This document shows positions 63,686-64,000 of a stretch of DNA of 64,000 nucleotides, piece by piece. This stretch comes from an uncultured Nitrososphaerota archaeon (GTDB lineage: Archaea; Thermoproteota; Nitrososphaeria; Nitrososphaerales; Gagatemarchaeaceae): the NCBI GenBank assembly GCA_963749225.1, contig CAVVLY010000005.1:95437-159436 (forward strand), in the 5' to 3' direction. A program made the position numbers and the translations under genes. Each line of letters starts with the position of its first letter. The stretch's first letter is position 1. The notes under the pieces are model-generated. The model did no database searches, was not told the DNA's origin, and saw nothing but the letters and a program-made list of their open reading frames with translations.

Positions 63686-64000
63686 ATGGACGCTCCAGGG
63701 ACCCATTACTTTCGGGTAGTTCTCAAGCTCAGGGGATTCAGCGAAGCCATCAGAAAAGGGGACACGCTCAGGCTCAGGATGCCGGTGTGGACGCCCGGCT
63801 CATATCTGGTGAGGGAATTCGCAAGGAACGTACTCGACGTCGTCGCCCGAAGGGCGGATGGAAGGCAGCTGCGCGTCGAGAAGGACTCCAAGAACAGCTG
63901 GTCCGTCTCGCTGGATGGCGCGGGAGAGGTCGTCGTGGTGTACAGCGTCTACGCGTTCGTCCACACCCCCCAGTCGTCCTATCTCGACTCAAAGCACGCC
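63686..64000 (+). CDS. M61 (glycyl aminopeptidase)-family peptidase, N-terminal fragment; 3' end cut by window edge
   Basis: The ATG at 63686 opens a frame that runs to the window end: 'MDAPGTHYFRVVLKL...LRMPVWTPGSYLVREFARNV...'. This resembles the M61 N-terminal domain. Confidence 0.55.
   Translation, partial: MDAPGTHYFRVVLKLRGFSEAIRKGDTLRLRMPVWTPGSYLVREFARNVLDVVARRADGRQLRVEKDSKNSWSVSLDGAGEVVVVYSVYAFVHTPQSSYLDSKHA

Overview
This is a high-GC window (roughly 60% by eye), gene-dense, and it looks archaeal. The evidence is a type II archaeal GAPDH, a V4R protein, a single-domain KaiC-like protein, a Thr-rich C-terminally anchored surface protein, and TATA-like boxes about 25-30 nt upstream of many start codons, which implies leaderless mRNAs. 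I cannot place it taxonomically beyond that.

Gene content is dominated by peptide and amino-acid scavenging:
- Two Dpp/Opp-type ABC transporter operons (1-3945 and 24263-31799).
- Many peptidases and amidohydrolases: M20, M19, S9, S15/CocE, an M61 fragment, a class-C beta-lactamase-like hydrolase, two phosphotriesterase-family proteins and two amidohydrolases.
- Enzymes typical of D-amino-acid or imino-acid catabolism: a D-Ser-dehydratase-like PLP enzyme, a DadA-like protein, a sarcosine-oxidase-like FAD enzyme, 2x enolase superfamily, 2x Ldh_2, and an Asp/Glu/hydantoin racemase.
- The housekeeping or C1 genes fhs, a glyA-like gene and gap.

Tandem paralogy is striking: enolase x2, Ldh_2 x2, MFS x3, SRPBCC x3, NHL x2.

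About 17 reading-frame disruptions hit 15 genes, including gap. Several sit at short G/C runs. I therefore suspect indel errors in the assembly as much as real pseudogenes.

One low-GC tnpB-only mobile element, bounded by ~34-bp inverted repeats, lies between the two NHL paralogs.

The most unusual locus is 51.4-56.7 kb, all on the minus strand:
- An ACT-V4R / KaiC-like ATPase (GKE Walker A) / 7TM / 2TM gene set.
- A 677-bp gene-free region packed with inverted TTTGCACC repeats around an AT-rich core.
- A small CxxC protein followed by three SRPBCC genes.
- Three copies of a locus-specific 24-bp palindrome that punctuate these units.

No rRNA gene, tRNA gene or CRISPR array was recognised.
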